Below are positions 36,579 to 45,314 of a DNA stretch of 49,463 nt, piece after piece; the stretch's first letter is position 1, and each line of letters starts with the position of its first letter. The notes below the pieces were generated by a model. It searched no databases. It saw only the letters and a program-made list of their open reading frames with translations, and had not been told where the DNA came from. A program made the translations under genes and the position numbers. Origin of the DNA: a virus (taxonomy: Duplodnaviria; Caudoviricetes); IMG/VR virus record IMGVR_UViG_3300030048_000005, positions 1-49,463 of that record; one strand, given 5' to 3'.

Positions 36579-36964
36579 GATGTCAAAAATAAATAGAGAA
36601 AAACTGAGAACTTTAATCATCAATAAAATATGCAGTTTTGGCGATGGTATTACAGAATTTCATTCACGACATGTACAAGAATTAATCTATTGGATTAAAG
36701 ATTTGGAAGACAAACTAAAACTTTCACAGCAATGGATTTCAGTAGAGGATAAAGTTCCAACAGTAAATGAAGATGACAAATTTGATTTGAAATATGGATT
36801 TTCAAAAGAAGTAATTGTGAAGATGAGAGATGGAACGTATGCAGTAGGGATTTATTGTAAAAACTCTAATTCATTTTCGTTGAAAGGTTCAACATTAGCT
36901 TATAGAATAACACATTGGAGACCAATTGAAATAAATTAAACAATTCACGAAATTTAGATACTGA
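36554..36964 (+). repeat. Direct repeat of the upstream gene's 3' end, flanking one gene
   Basis: acaattcacgaaattcagatactaa (36554) vs acaattcacgaaatttagatactga (36940). Confidence 0.85.
36580..36939 (+). CDS. DUF551-like protein (start re-called at 36580)
   Basis: QWISVEDKVP...ITHWRPI. Confidence 0.7.
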   Translation: MSKINREKLRTLIINKICSFGDGITEFHSRHVQELIYWIKDLEDKLKLSQQWISVEDKVPTVNEDDKFDLKYGFSKEVIVKMRDGTYAVGIYCKNSNSFSLKGSTLAYRITHWRPIEIN

Positions 36965-37115
36965 TATAAATTGAATCGGTTTGCTGCCAGTGCGTTCAGA
37001 GAAAGTAAAAAAAGTAAGCTATATGCAGAAATGAATGGGAAACCGACTACCACGAGCAAAAAGACTCCGAACTGGATATACAGGAGTTTTTTATAAAAAA
37101 AACTAAATAACTAAT

Positions 37116-37403
37116 ATGAAAACAGGATCAGAATTAATTGCTGAAGAAAGAAAACGGCAAATTGAAGAAGAAGGTTTTGCTGTAAAACATGATTCACAGC
37201 ATACTAATGGTGAATTATCAAGAGCAGGAGCCATATATGCATTATCAGCAGATGAAAGAGATGCATTTTTTGTAGCAGATCCTTGGCCATGGGATTTACA
37301 TTGGTTTAAACCTACTCCAAACGACAGAATTAGAGAACTAACCAAAGCCGGTGCATTGATAGCTGCTGCTATCGATGTGATTTTAAACTCAGAAAAACAA
37401 TAA
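37116..37403 (+). CDS. Conserved phage hypothetical protein
   Basis: ERKRQIEEEG..HD..GEL..WPW..KAGALIAA. Confidence 0.8.
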   Translation: MKTGSELIAEERKRQIEEEGFAVKHDSQHTNGELSRAGAIYALSADERDAFFVADPWPWDLHWFKPTPNDRIRELTKAGALIAAAIDVILNSEKQ

Positions 37404-37404
37404 T

Positions 37405-38169
37405 ATGAAAATAGGAACTAAATCAATTTTATTTGGGGCGCATCAGTTTTTATTGCACCCGGTATTTGTGGCATGGGCATGGATTCAGTTGTACGGCTTT
37501 CCGTGGGATCCTCGTGTATGGATTGCATTTTTTGTACATGACTTAGGATATTGGGGTAAGCCTAATATGGATGGACCGGAAGGAGAAACGCATGTGGAAC
37601 TAGGTGCAAGGATAATGCATTTTATATTCGATGGAATGGAGCGGGTACAAATGACTGAAATATTCCCTTCTATACAACGATTTGTAGAATTACGAAAAGC
37701 GGGATGGCATGTGGTTGATTATGGTGATAATGCAGTTACATACGAACGTATGGAACAATCTACCAAATGGAGGGACTTTACGTGTTACCACTCGCGCTAC
37801 TACGCTAAGAAGAACAATGCTCAGCCTTCGAAACTTTGCTTCGCGGATAAACTGGCTTTCTCGTATTTTCCACGCTTTATATACATTCCAATGGTATCAA
37901 TGACTGGTGAGATAGTTGAGTATATGAAACAGAAAGATGAATACAAGTACAAACCATCTAAATGGAAACCAACTTTGATTGAAAAACTGATGTGGCATGA
38001 ACGGGTGGACCGGCACAATAAAAATTGGGTGGCGGAACATAGAGACGGCCGGATAGATACCTGGACGAATGCTAATCGAAATACTACCGGTCCACTGCAT
38101 GTGTTGCGGGAGGATGTGTACACTAATGACGAAACCAATGAAATGGTGGGGCGGATGGTAAGAAAATAG
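37405..38169 (+). CDS. HD-like hypothetical protein
   Basis: H..HP, HDLGY, H..LGA, YHSR, FADK. Confidence 0.6.
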   Translation: MKIGTKSILFGAHQFLLHPVFVAWAWIQLYGFPWDPRVWIAFFVHDLGYWGKPNMDGPEGETHVELGARIMHFIFDGMERVQMTEIFPSIQRFVELRKAGWHVVDYGDNAVTYERMEQSTKWRDFTCYHSRYYAKKNNAQPSKLCFADKLAFSYFPRFIYIPMVSMTGEIVEYMKQKDEYKYKPSKWKPTLIEKLMWHERVDRHNKNWVAEHRDGRIDTWTNANRNTTGPLHVLREDVYTNDETNEMVGRMVRK

Positions 38170-38171
38170 CA

Positions 38172-38192
38172 CTTCGACTCCGCTCAGTGACC
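38172..38192 (+). repeat. Family A2 unit directly after a stop codon
   Basis: TAG-ca-cttcgactccgctcagtgacc, then a cagtgaac stutter. Confidence 0.9.
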
Positions 38193-38225
38193 CAGTGAAC
38201 TAAATAATAACTCAATAAAAATAGT

Positions 38226-38453
38226 ATGTGGAAAACAACATTAAAACATCAGAATGAACTTAACCACGATCGAGTGGAAGAGATGACGCACGACTTTGGT
38301 AGTGGTGTGAGAGTGATAACGAACTTCCCCAAAAAAAATACATGCTTAATGCATGGCGAAATAGTAGTTGGTGAACATGATTTGGTAGAAGATACCGAGA
38401 ACTATACTCAGTATTTGAATAACGTAAATAGCGAAGTAAACCCTCAAAAATAA
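38226..38453 (+). CDS. Hypothetical protein
   Basis: 75-aa ORF in the operon. Confidence 0.6.
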   Translation: MWKTTLKHQNELNHDRVEEMTHDFGSGVRVITNFPKKNTCLMHGEIVVGEHDLVEDTENYTQYLNNVNSEVNPQK

Positions 38454-38460
38454 GAATACA

Positions 38461-39258
38461 ATGGTAGAAACTAAGAATACGGAGATCAGGTATAAAACTA
38501 CTGACCCAAAGCGAATGATAAATAAGTACACTGTAGGTAGAGTGCTTAAAAGTTGGACTGAAGATTTCGTAGACGAAGGTACGGGAGATGTAGTGACAAT
38601 TGAAAGAAATGAAGTTCTATTTGAACGTGGAACATTGATTACTCAGGACGTATTAGCGCAATTGAAATTTCACAAGGACGCAGGTGATATTACAGAGGTA
38701 GAAGTAAGCAATCAACGTCGGGTAGCATTTGAATATGAAAATACTTCCATGCGCCCATTTCTTGCCATTGCTGACATGGATGGTAAGAAAAAAAAGTTTC
38801 TTTATTACGCTACAAAAATAGCCACAGCATTAATCCTACTGAAGGATTATATAGAGTTGAATTACTCTACCGGTTTCTTCCTAACTTCTATAAGAGAGTT
38901 TGAAACGAACATTATTCTGATCGATACACTCAAAAAAGTAAATCAGGATGATAATGTGGAAGAGGAAGAAAATCAGAACGAACAAAAGAAATTCTACCAG
39001 ATAGATTTCAATGTTGAAATTGATGGTGAACAGGTAACTACCAATTCAGCCGTGGTGCATACGTTGAACGTGGATCGTGCAATGATGCTTATAAACGACT
39101 ACCTGATTAAAAATGAGAAGCGCAGAGCTGACGAAGCCAAAGAGAAAAATAGAGATTATACTGTACAGACTTACAGCACTTCTATAGAGTCGGCAAAACC
39201 CATTCCAATAGGTGTATATATTTCAAGAGAATTTTCAGAAGCATACGCCAACGAATAA
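38461..39258 (+). CDS. Protein with an N-terminal segment resembling Bacteroidetes RpoB
   Basis: RVLKSWTEDFVDEGTGDVVTIERNEVLFERGT resembles the RpoB segment as I recall it (W.EDFVDEDTGEVVSIERNE). Confidence 0.7.
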   Translation: MVETKNTEIRYKTTDPKRMINKYTVGRVLKSWTEDFVDEGTGDVVTIERNEVLFERGTLITQDVLAQLKFHKDAGDITEVEVSNQRRVAFEYENTSMRPFLAIADMDGKKKKFLYYATKIATALILLKDYIELNYSTGFFLTSIREFETNIILIDTLKKVNQDDNVEEEENQNEQKKFYQIDFNVEIDGEQVTTNSAVVHTLNVDRAMMLINDYLIKNEKRRADEAKEKNRDYTVQTYSTSIESAKPIPIGVYISREFSEAYANE

Positions 39259-39321
39259 AATCCCCCTACCCTATTATTATAGCACAGCCGGCGCAAGTTG
39301 GCCGTGCTGTTTATCCCCTAC

Positions 39322-39519
39322 ATGGAAACACTGGAACTAATCAGGCAAATGATAGCCGAAAATATAGCTGCTAATATTCGCCCGACACATGCGATAGAAA
39401 TTGAGGTGATAAAACGCCAACCGGAAGCAGCTAATGATCTGCCGGTATTGGAACGTATGGGAATGATAAAGATGGGGCCGACGATAAATAGTAGGTACAT
39501 AATTATCAGTGAACAGTAA
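39322..39519 (+). CDS. Small hypothetical protein (start re-called at 39322)
   Basis: IRPTHA..L...G.IKMGPTIN; stop codon supplied by the heptamer run at 39507-39540. Confidence 0.6.
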   Translation: METLELIRQMIAENIAANIRPTHAIEIEVIKRQPEAANDLPVLERMGMIKMGPTINSRYIIISEQ

Positions 39520-39539
39520 ACAGTTATCAGTAAAATAGT

Positions 39540-41273
39540 ATGATTGAAAAGAAAAAAGCGGTAGAAGGTGAATTTGTAGTGCTATCATTATTTGATGGTA
39601 TGAGTTGCGGTCAGATAGCACTTACTGAGCTTGGGAAAACTCCTACAACGTATTACGCCAGTGAAATTGATAAACATGCTATTGCCCAAACACAGTTCAA
39701 CTTCCCGAATACTATACAACTTGGTAGTGTGGTGGATGTGGATGTGAATAAATTGAAGTATGTGAATGCATTGTTGGGTGGTAGTCCGTGCCAGTCGTTC
39801 AGTTTTGCCGGGAAGCGGAAGGGAATGGCAACGAAATGTGATGTTGAAATTTATACCCTTGAAAAATACTTGGAGCTAAAAGAACAAGGTTTTGAGTTTG
39901 AAGGGCAAAGCTACCTATTCTGGGAGTATATGCGAATACTGACAGATATACGCAAGTACAATCCGAATGTAAAGTTTCTACTTGAAAACGTAGAAATGGG
40001 GAATAAATGGGAGCGCGTACTTAGTGAAGCTATTGGCATTTATGGTGTACATATCAATAGTGCATTAGTATCAGCACAGAACCGTAAGCGCATTTACTGG
40101 ACGAATATACGGACCAAACAAGTAGGATTGTTTGGTGAACTACATGCCGACATACCACAACCGAAAGATGAAGGTATTTTGCTGCGGGATGTATTGGAAC
40201 GTGATGTGCCGGAGAAGTATTACTTGAGTGATAAAACATTCAACTATCTAAGTAATAGAAGTGATTTAAAACAAAAAAATGGTTGCGGTTTTAAATTTGA
40301 TGTTAAAGATAATTTGGAATCAAAAAGCAGTAGCATAGGAATAAAATATGGTGCCGGTAGATTAGATGATACTTATGTAAAAGTAGACAAACAACTAAAT
40401 CCAAAATCCGATCAAGAAAAGGCCAGTTGTTTCACAGCCGGAGCGCACAGTGGCGGTAATCATTCGGATATGGATTTGATATGTGTATCGATGGTAGGCC
40501 GTAAACTTGACGAAAACGGAACACGCAAAGATAATGACCCGGACATTAAAGCAGCTCAACGCTTAGAACCAAATTTAAGCGGAAAAACAAACTGCTTAAC
40601 GAGTGTACAGAAAGATAATTTAGTGGTTTGTTTGACACCAAAGCGAACTGATTATGGTAAGCAGATACGCAAGCAATACGAAGCCGGAGAAGTTTCGGCC
40701 ATGCGCAAAGAAGTGAGCCAGTTGGAGCCACGAGAAGATGGTAAAACGAATACGATTACCACTGTACAAAAAGATAACCTGGTAATACAACTTAACCCTA
40801 GCAAAGAAAGTGGCGGAGTACAACCCTACCAACAAAATAGAGTGTACGACCCGAACGGGATAAGTCCATGTTTGAATACAGATTCAAGACCACATGCAAT
40901 AATTACCCCCTGCGATTACCGACATGATGAAGGTGTGAGAATGAAACAAGACGGTAAAACCGGTGCTTCGACAGGCTCAGCAACCGATGACGAAAGTTGC
41001 GGACAATTGGTAAAAATTGAACAACGATCTCATGGATTTAATAAAGGTGGTAGCCACTTCGAAAAATCACCAACGGTATTATGTTCGAATGATTGGGCCG
41101 GTAATAATGTACTTCATGCTGAGTCACGTATTCGTCGGCTAACGCCAACCGAAGTGGCACGACTTCAAACCGTACCTGATTGGTATATATGGGCTTGCTC
41201 AGATACACAGATTTACCGAATGTGTGGTAATGGATGGACAATAAAAGTAATAATGCATATACTATCTTTTTGA
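39540..41273 (+). CDS. DNA (cytosine-5)-methyltransferase
   Basis: LSLFDGMSCG, GGSPCQSFS, LLENV, QNRKRIYW, RRLTPTEVARLQ, GNGW. Confidence 0.92.
   Translation: MIEKKKAVEGEFVVLSLFDGMSCGQIALTELGKTPTTYYASEIDKHAIAQTQFNFPNTIQLGSVVDVDVNKLKYVNALLGGSPCQSFSFAGKRKGMATKCDVEIYTLEKYLELKEQGFEFEGQSYLFWEYMRILTDIRKYNPNVKFLLENVEMGNKWERVLSEAIGIYGVHINSALVSAQNRKRIYWTNIRTKQVGLFGELHADIPQPKDEGILLRDVLERDVPEKYYLSDKTFNYLSNRSDLKQKNGCGFKFDVKDNLESKSSSIGIKYGAGRLDDTYVKVDKQLNPKSDQEKASCFTAGAHSGGNHSDMDLICVSMVGRKLDENGTRKDNDPDIKAAQRLEPNLSGKTNCLTSVQKDNLVVCLTPKRTDYGKQIRKQYEAGEVSAMRKEVSQLEPREDGKTNTITTVQKDNLVIQLNPSKESGGVQPYQQNRVYDPNGISPCLNTDSRPHAIITPCDYRHDEGVRMKQDGKTGASTGSATDDESCGQLVKIEQRSHGFNKGGSHFEKSPTVLCSNDWAGNNVLHAESRIRRLTPTEVARLQTVPDWYIWACSDTQIYRMCGNGWTIKVIMHILSF
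40966..40985 (+). repeat. Family A unit, in frame in the C5-MTase variable region
   Basis: cttcgacaggctcagcaacc (ASTGSAT). Confidence 0.9.
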
Positions 41274-41653
41274 TGAAAACAATTTACATTTCAATTCCAA
41301 TGACAGGATATGATATGCGTGAACAGAGAGCTACGGCACTGGCATGGCAATGGTATTTTGAGAAGATTGGATATACGGTTATTAATCCTTTCGAATTGGC
41401 TGATCAGTTGCGGAAGTCGTTTCTGGAAATTGCCGGTTGTGAACCTACTGAAGCGGAGTATCTGCATGAGGACTTAATGAACCTACATATTTGTACAGAT
41501 ATATTCCTGTGCAATGGTTGTACAGAGTCATACGGATGTATGGAAGAAGTAGACAAATCCATAGAATATGGGTTGAAATTCAGTTTTGAAAAAGATTATA
41601 AAATTATTGATCCTTATGGAATTATACATAGAACAACCGCGCTTAACGCGTAA
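41273..41653 (+). CDS. DUF4406-like protein (start re-called at 41273)
   Basis: IYISIPMTG..GYTVINP..CTDIFLC.G..ESYGCMEE; TGATG overlap with the upstream gene. Confidence 0.8.
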   Translation: MKTIYISIPMTGYDMREQRATALAWQWYFEKIGYTVINPFELADQLRKSFLEIAGCEPTEAEYLHEDLMNLHICTDIFLCNGCTESYGCMEEVDKSIEYGLKFSFEKDYKIIDPYGIIHRTTALNA

Positions 41654-42047
41654 TGCCAAGAACGGGCGGATATTGCCGGGGCATGTGCCGGCTAATAAGG
41701 GGAAAAAGTGGGGAGATTATAAGGTACCAAAGAAAAGCCGAAAGAAGATACTTGCTAACCTAACCAACGAAGGCCGAAAGTTGGGAGCACTGGCCAGTAA
41801 GCCGAGTCTGTGCATAAAGATAGTAGGGATAAAGAACGGTGAGTTTTTCGGCATGTTTGAAAGTGCTGCAATGGCGGAAATACTGCTAAAAGCAAAAGGA
41901 ATGCAACTTAGTGCTACGAATATACGCCATTGCTGCAAAGGTAAGCGAAAGAGTGCCGGCAGTGTGCAGTGGTTTTATGAAACGGATTTTGAGAAATGGA
42001 ACAAATTGATAGTCGATACTTCGACTACGCTCAGTAACCCTAGTTGA
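41616..42047 (+). CDS. NUMOD-type DNA-binding protein (start re-called at 41616)
   Basis: GHVPANKGKK; FESAAMA..NIRHCCKGKRKSAG..W; C-terminus formed by an A2 repeat at 42019-42039. Confidence 0.7.
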   Translation: MELYIEQPRLTRNAKNGRILPGHVPANKGKKWGDYKVPKKSRKKILANLTNEGRKLGALASKPSLCIKIVGIKNGEFFGMFESAAMAEILLKAKGMQLSATNIRHCCKGKRKSAGSVQWFYETDFEKWNKLIVDTSTTLSNPS

Positions 42048-42051
42048 TAGT

Positions 42052-42897
42052 ATGTCAGGAAATACAAACAAAATAATAGCATTTAATTACTTCGGTGGAA
42101 AATTCACCTGGTTGGATCATTTGTATGCCAACTTCCCGAATGATTTTACACATTTGGTAGATGTATTTGCAGGAAGTATGTGCGTATCGATTAATTACAA
42201 GGGGAATGTAATTAAAACGGCCAACGAGATAAACGCAGATATCACCAATTTCTTTGAAGTGCTGAGGAACCATGAGTCGGAACTTGTACGATTGCTATTA
42301 CTAACACCATGTAGTAAGTTAGAATATAATAACTGTTGGATAAACTCCGACAATAAAATAGAACAGGCACGTAGGTTTTATGTACGTGTACGACAATCTT
42401 TCTTTTCATTGGGTGCACAGACAAAAAATAAAGGTTGGCACATGGCTAAATCGCATGTAAATGCTGCGGGCGGTGAAACGGTGAGTAAATGGAACAATGC
42501 TATAGAGAAACTTCATGATGTGGCGGAAATAATCAGATCCAATTTTCAGATAATAAATCATGATTTTATGGATTGCATTGATAAAGTAGATTTTCCGAAA
42601 GCATTCTTTTATTGCGATCCACCCTATCCGGAAGAAACGCGAGCTAGTAAAAACGATTACAAGTACGAGTTTAGCACCGAAAAACACATACAGTTATCCG
42701 AGAAACTGCACAGCATTGAAGGAATGGCCATGATAAGCAGTTACAATTCGGAATTGTACAACGAACTGTATAAGGACTGGCGAAAGGTGGAGTTTCCGGT
42801 AAAGAAGAATAATATACGCAGTGGCGAAGTGCAGGAGGTTATTTGGATGAATTACGATAAGAAACAAAACGATTTATTTACAAAACATACAATTTAG
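42052..42897 (+). CDS. DNA adenine methyltransferase (Dam/D12 class)
   Basis: NYFGGK, DVFAGS, NEIN, YCDPPY, MISSY, EVIWMNY. Confidence 0.9.
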   Translation: MSGNTNKIIAFNYFGGKFTWLDHLYANFPNDFTHLVDVFAGSMCVSINYKGNVIKTANEINADITNFFEVLRNHESELVRLLLLTPCSKLEYNNCWINSDNKIEQARRFYVRVRQSFFSLGAQTKNKGWHMAKSHVNAAGGETVSKWNNAIEKLHDVAEIIRSNFQIINHDFMDCIDKVDFPKAFFYCDPPYPEETRASKNDYKYEFSTEKHIQLSEKLHSIEGMAMISSYNSELYNELYKDWRKVEFPVKKNNIRSGEVQEVIWMNYDKKQNDLFTKHTI

Positions 42898-42901
42898 AAT
42901 T

Positions 42902-43192
42902 ATGGAAAACACAATTATGGCAGAAGCCAAGACAATTAGAGAGCTTCGGGATTTTTTGGCAACGGTGCCGGATGAATTTTTGGACCGCAAGTTTGTGGTG
43001 CATGAAGAAGAGGAAGTACACTATGTACATGTTTTGGAGGAGAACACCGAAGATATGCTATACGATCCGGAGAATGCGGACACGGGAAATATGACACTGA
43101 AGGAATGGGAAGAGTATTACCCAGAAGTGAGTATTGAAAATTTGGTGGTCGGCATACCAAAGGGATGTCCGCTATTTACTGAGAATTTTTGA
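42902..43192 (+). CDS. Hypothetical acidic protein
   Basis: 96-aa ORF. Confidence 0.65.
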   Translation: MENTIMAEAKTIRELRDFLATVPDEFLDRKFVVHEEEEVHYVHVLEENTEDMLYDPENADTGNMTLKEWEEYYPEVSIENLVVGIPKGCPLFTENF

Positions 43193-43223
43193 GTGATTTA
43201 GGTTGGTAAAATTGAAAAGTAGT

Positions 43224-43814
43224 ATGATTGAATTTGATAAAAATAATTTCCCAATTATTCAGAAAGTAAAAATATACGTTGAAAGTGGATTAAACATAAA
43301 AAATGCTTGCAAAAAAATTGGTAAAAGCAAATATTTATGTTTCAAAAATGCTACTTCAGAAGAAAAAAAAGAAATTTATGCAATTCTAAAGAAGCATTAT
43401 TATAGAAATTCAGCAAAATATTTATCGAAAAAAAAAGAAATAAATAGTTGTGATATTGATGATATTCTTGAAAAAATAATTGAAACAATTAAACAAGGTA
43501 ATTGCTTATCAAAAGCGTGTATAATAAACAAAATAGCCTTAAACAAAATAAAAAAATATCTAACTAAAGATCAGAAAAAAAGAATAGATGAAACAAGTAA
43601 GGAATATTATCTTTCTAAGAAGTCTTTATATACTGATGAATTATTTGAAAAAATAAAATTGTCAATTCAAGAAGGAAATTCATTCCATAAATCATGTAAA
43701 AATAACAATATTTCAAATGAAACAGATTATAAAAATCACTTGTCAGAAAATCAAAAATTACAACTGAAAAAAATAATATTTGAAATTCAATTGAAAAAAT
43801 ACCCTGAAATTTAA
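43224..43814 (+). CDS. AT-rich protein with three HTH-like repeats
   Basis: VESGLNIKNACKK / IKQGNCLSKACII / IQEGNSFHKSCKN. Confidence 0.6.
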   Translation: MIEFDKNNFPIIQKVKIYVESGLNIKNACKKIGKSKYLCFKNATSEEKKEIYAILKKHYYRNSAKYLSKKKEINSCDIDDILEKIIETIKQGNCLSKACIINKIALNKIKKYLTKDQKKRIDETSKEYYLSKKSLYTDELFEKIKLSIQEGNSFHKSCKNNNISNETDYKNHLSENQKLQLKKIIFEIQLKKYPEI

Positions 43815-43819
43815 TCACT

Positions 43820-44818
43820 TTGTTCGACAAAATAACCATACGCGCCAAAGTTTCGAATGATGAGTGTGTGCATTTAGCACAGATTCATCATTTGCAGTCG
43901 TGGACTAACGAGAGAGGTACACAGGTAGATTATCGTAGTAGCGTTAATTACAAGAAGTTTACCGGCATATCGGTGAAGATACAGAATAACACGGTTACAC
44001 TGAGTACTTCGCTGCATAAGTACTGGAACGATCGGAATTTCGGTCAGCTCAGGAACGATACTGTATTTACGATCTCGGAAGCTAAGGCAGCTTTCGAGAT
44101 GTTGCTGTTTGAAAATGGTTTGCTTCCACAGAAAACAAAGGTGGTCCTATTTGAAATTGGCCTAAACATGCCGGTGAGTTATGACCCTATCACCTTTATA
44201 GAACTGGTACGCTATCTACCACGCAAAAATGACATCAAAGAAAACAAGATTATGTTTATTGATGCTAACTATAAGATCAATCGCCAAAAAACGTCGGAGA
44301 AACATAAGGATATACGGCGGTACTTCAAAATTTATGATAAGACGTGGGAGATGAAGGAGAAGAAGAGAAGCACCTCACCCCCGACCCCTCTCCTTGAGGA
44401 GAGGGGAGATAATACTGCTAAGGAAAAAAACATACTACGGATTGAGACTGTATACCGAAGGAAGAATGAAAGGAGTGATAAATTCTTTACGGATGAGAAT
44501 ATAAATCGCCTGGTGAAGAACTTTTGGATTGATTGGAAGGACCTGTTTTTTTTTCGCACTGTACGAGCCTATAAGGGCGCACGTAAGAGTGAAGTGGAAA
44601 GGGCGAGTATCATTGTCAATAACGGTACTGAGTCGTACTTAGAGCAAACAAAAGCGGATTTTGAGAAGGGAAAGATAACTGCGAAGCAATACCGTACCAT
44701 CCGGGAGTTTATACGTGACTATGAAGTGGATAGCAGACGGTTTAAAACAATCACTTCACCGCAAGAAAATGAATATAACTCGTTGTTATTCAGTATATAT
44801 GATATAACCCGTAAATAA
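43820..44818 (+). CDS. Replication initiator-like protein (phage/plasmid gpII/X, Rep_trans-like)
   Basis: MFDKI, SLHKYWN, FEIGLN, KIYDK, ILRIE; followed by a hairpin-rich non-coding region. Confidence 0.6.
   Translation: MFDKITIRAKVSNDECVHLAQIHHLQSWTNERGTQVDYRSSVNYKKFTGISVKIQNNTVTLSTSLHKYWNDRNFGQLRNDTVFTISEAKAAFEMLLFENGLLPQKTKVVLFEIGLNMPVSYDPITFIELVRYLPRKNDIKENKIMFIDANYKINRQKTSEKHKDIRRYFKIYDKTWEMKEKKRSTSPPTPLLEERGDNTAKEKNILRIETVYRRKNERSDKFFTDENINRLVKNFWIDWKDLFFFRTVRAYKGARKSEVERASIIVNNGTESYLEQTKADFEKGKITAKQYRTIREFIRDYEVDSRRFKTITSPQENEYNSLLFSIYDITRK
44372..44408 (+). repeat. Family C hairpin repeat, in frame in the Rep-like gene
   Basis: acctcacccccgacccctctcc-ttga-ggagaggggag (TSPPTPLLEERG). 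Confidence 0.85.
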
Positions 44819-45070
44819 TGCCCATAAAGGCATATATAAATAACTGATAATCAACGATAGAAAAAATACTATAATTGATTATCAGTATATTAATAAAAGG
44901 AATTGGCTACTTTATAGAGCCAATTCCTTTTTTTTTGCTTCACTTCGACTTCTTCACTTCGACAAGCTCAGTGACCACAGTGACCACAGTGACCACAGTA
45001 ACCTTATAATGATTACTTATAAAACTATGTAGCTTGTACTATACTTCCCAACAGGAAGCGGGAATGAAAT
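44819..45070. other. Candidate replication origin region
   Basis: Inverted repeats actgataatcaa/ttgattatcagt (44843-44886), aaaaggaattggct/agccaattcctttt (44895-44932) and cttcc-caaca-ggaag. Confidence 0.4.
44938..45003 (+). repeat. Family A unit with 5' and 3' stutters
   Basis: cttcacttcgactt-cttcacttcgacaagctcagtgacc-acagtgacc-acagtgacc-acagtaacc. Confidence 0.9.
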
Positions 45071-45223
45071 TCACGCTCTGGGGGGAAGAAACTGTAATTT
45101 AATTCATAATTATTAATTCATAATTCATAATTAATGGAAAGGAATATTCTTTGTATTAGGTAGTTAGGAATGAATAATAAATTATTAGAATGGTTGAAAA
45201 GTCTAAAATAGAGAGAAATAGAA

Positions 45224-45244
45224 CTTCGACTACGCTCAGTTACC
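45224..45244 (+). repeat. Family A2 unit, intergenic
   Basis: cttcgactacgctcagttacc. Confidence 0.85.
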
Positions 45245-45274
45245 TAATGATGTGATAATTATTGGGGTATAAGC

Positions 45275-45309
45275 AATAAAAAACACCTATCAAGTGAATG
45301 ATAGGTGTT
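45275..45309 (-). terminator. Terminator for the TerS-like gene
   Basis: aacacctatca-agtgaa-tgataggtgtt with an A-tract on the + strand side. Confidence 0.7.
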
Positions 45310-45314
45310 ATTGT

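Noticed and set aside
39624-39637. Possible minus-strand family A copy (actgagcttgggaa)
   Set aside because: Lacks the TCGAAG end and lies in the conserved N-terminal region of the methylase (ALTELG); probably chance
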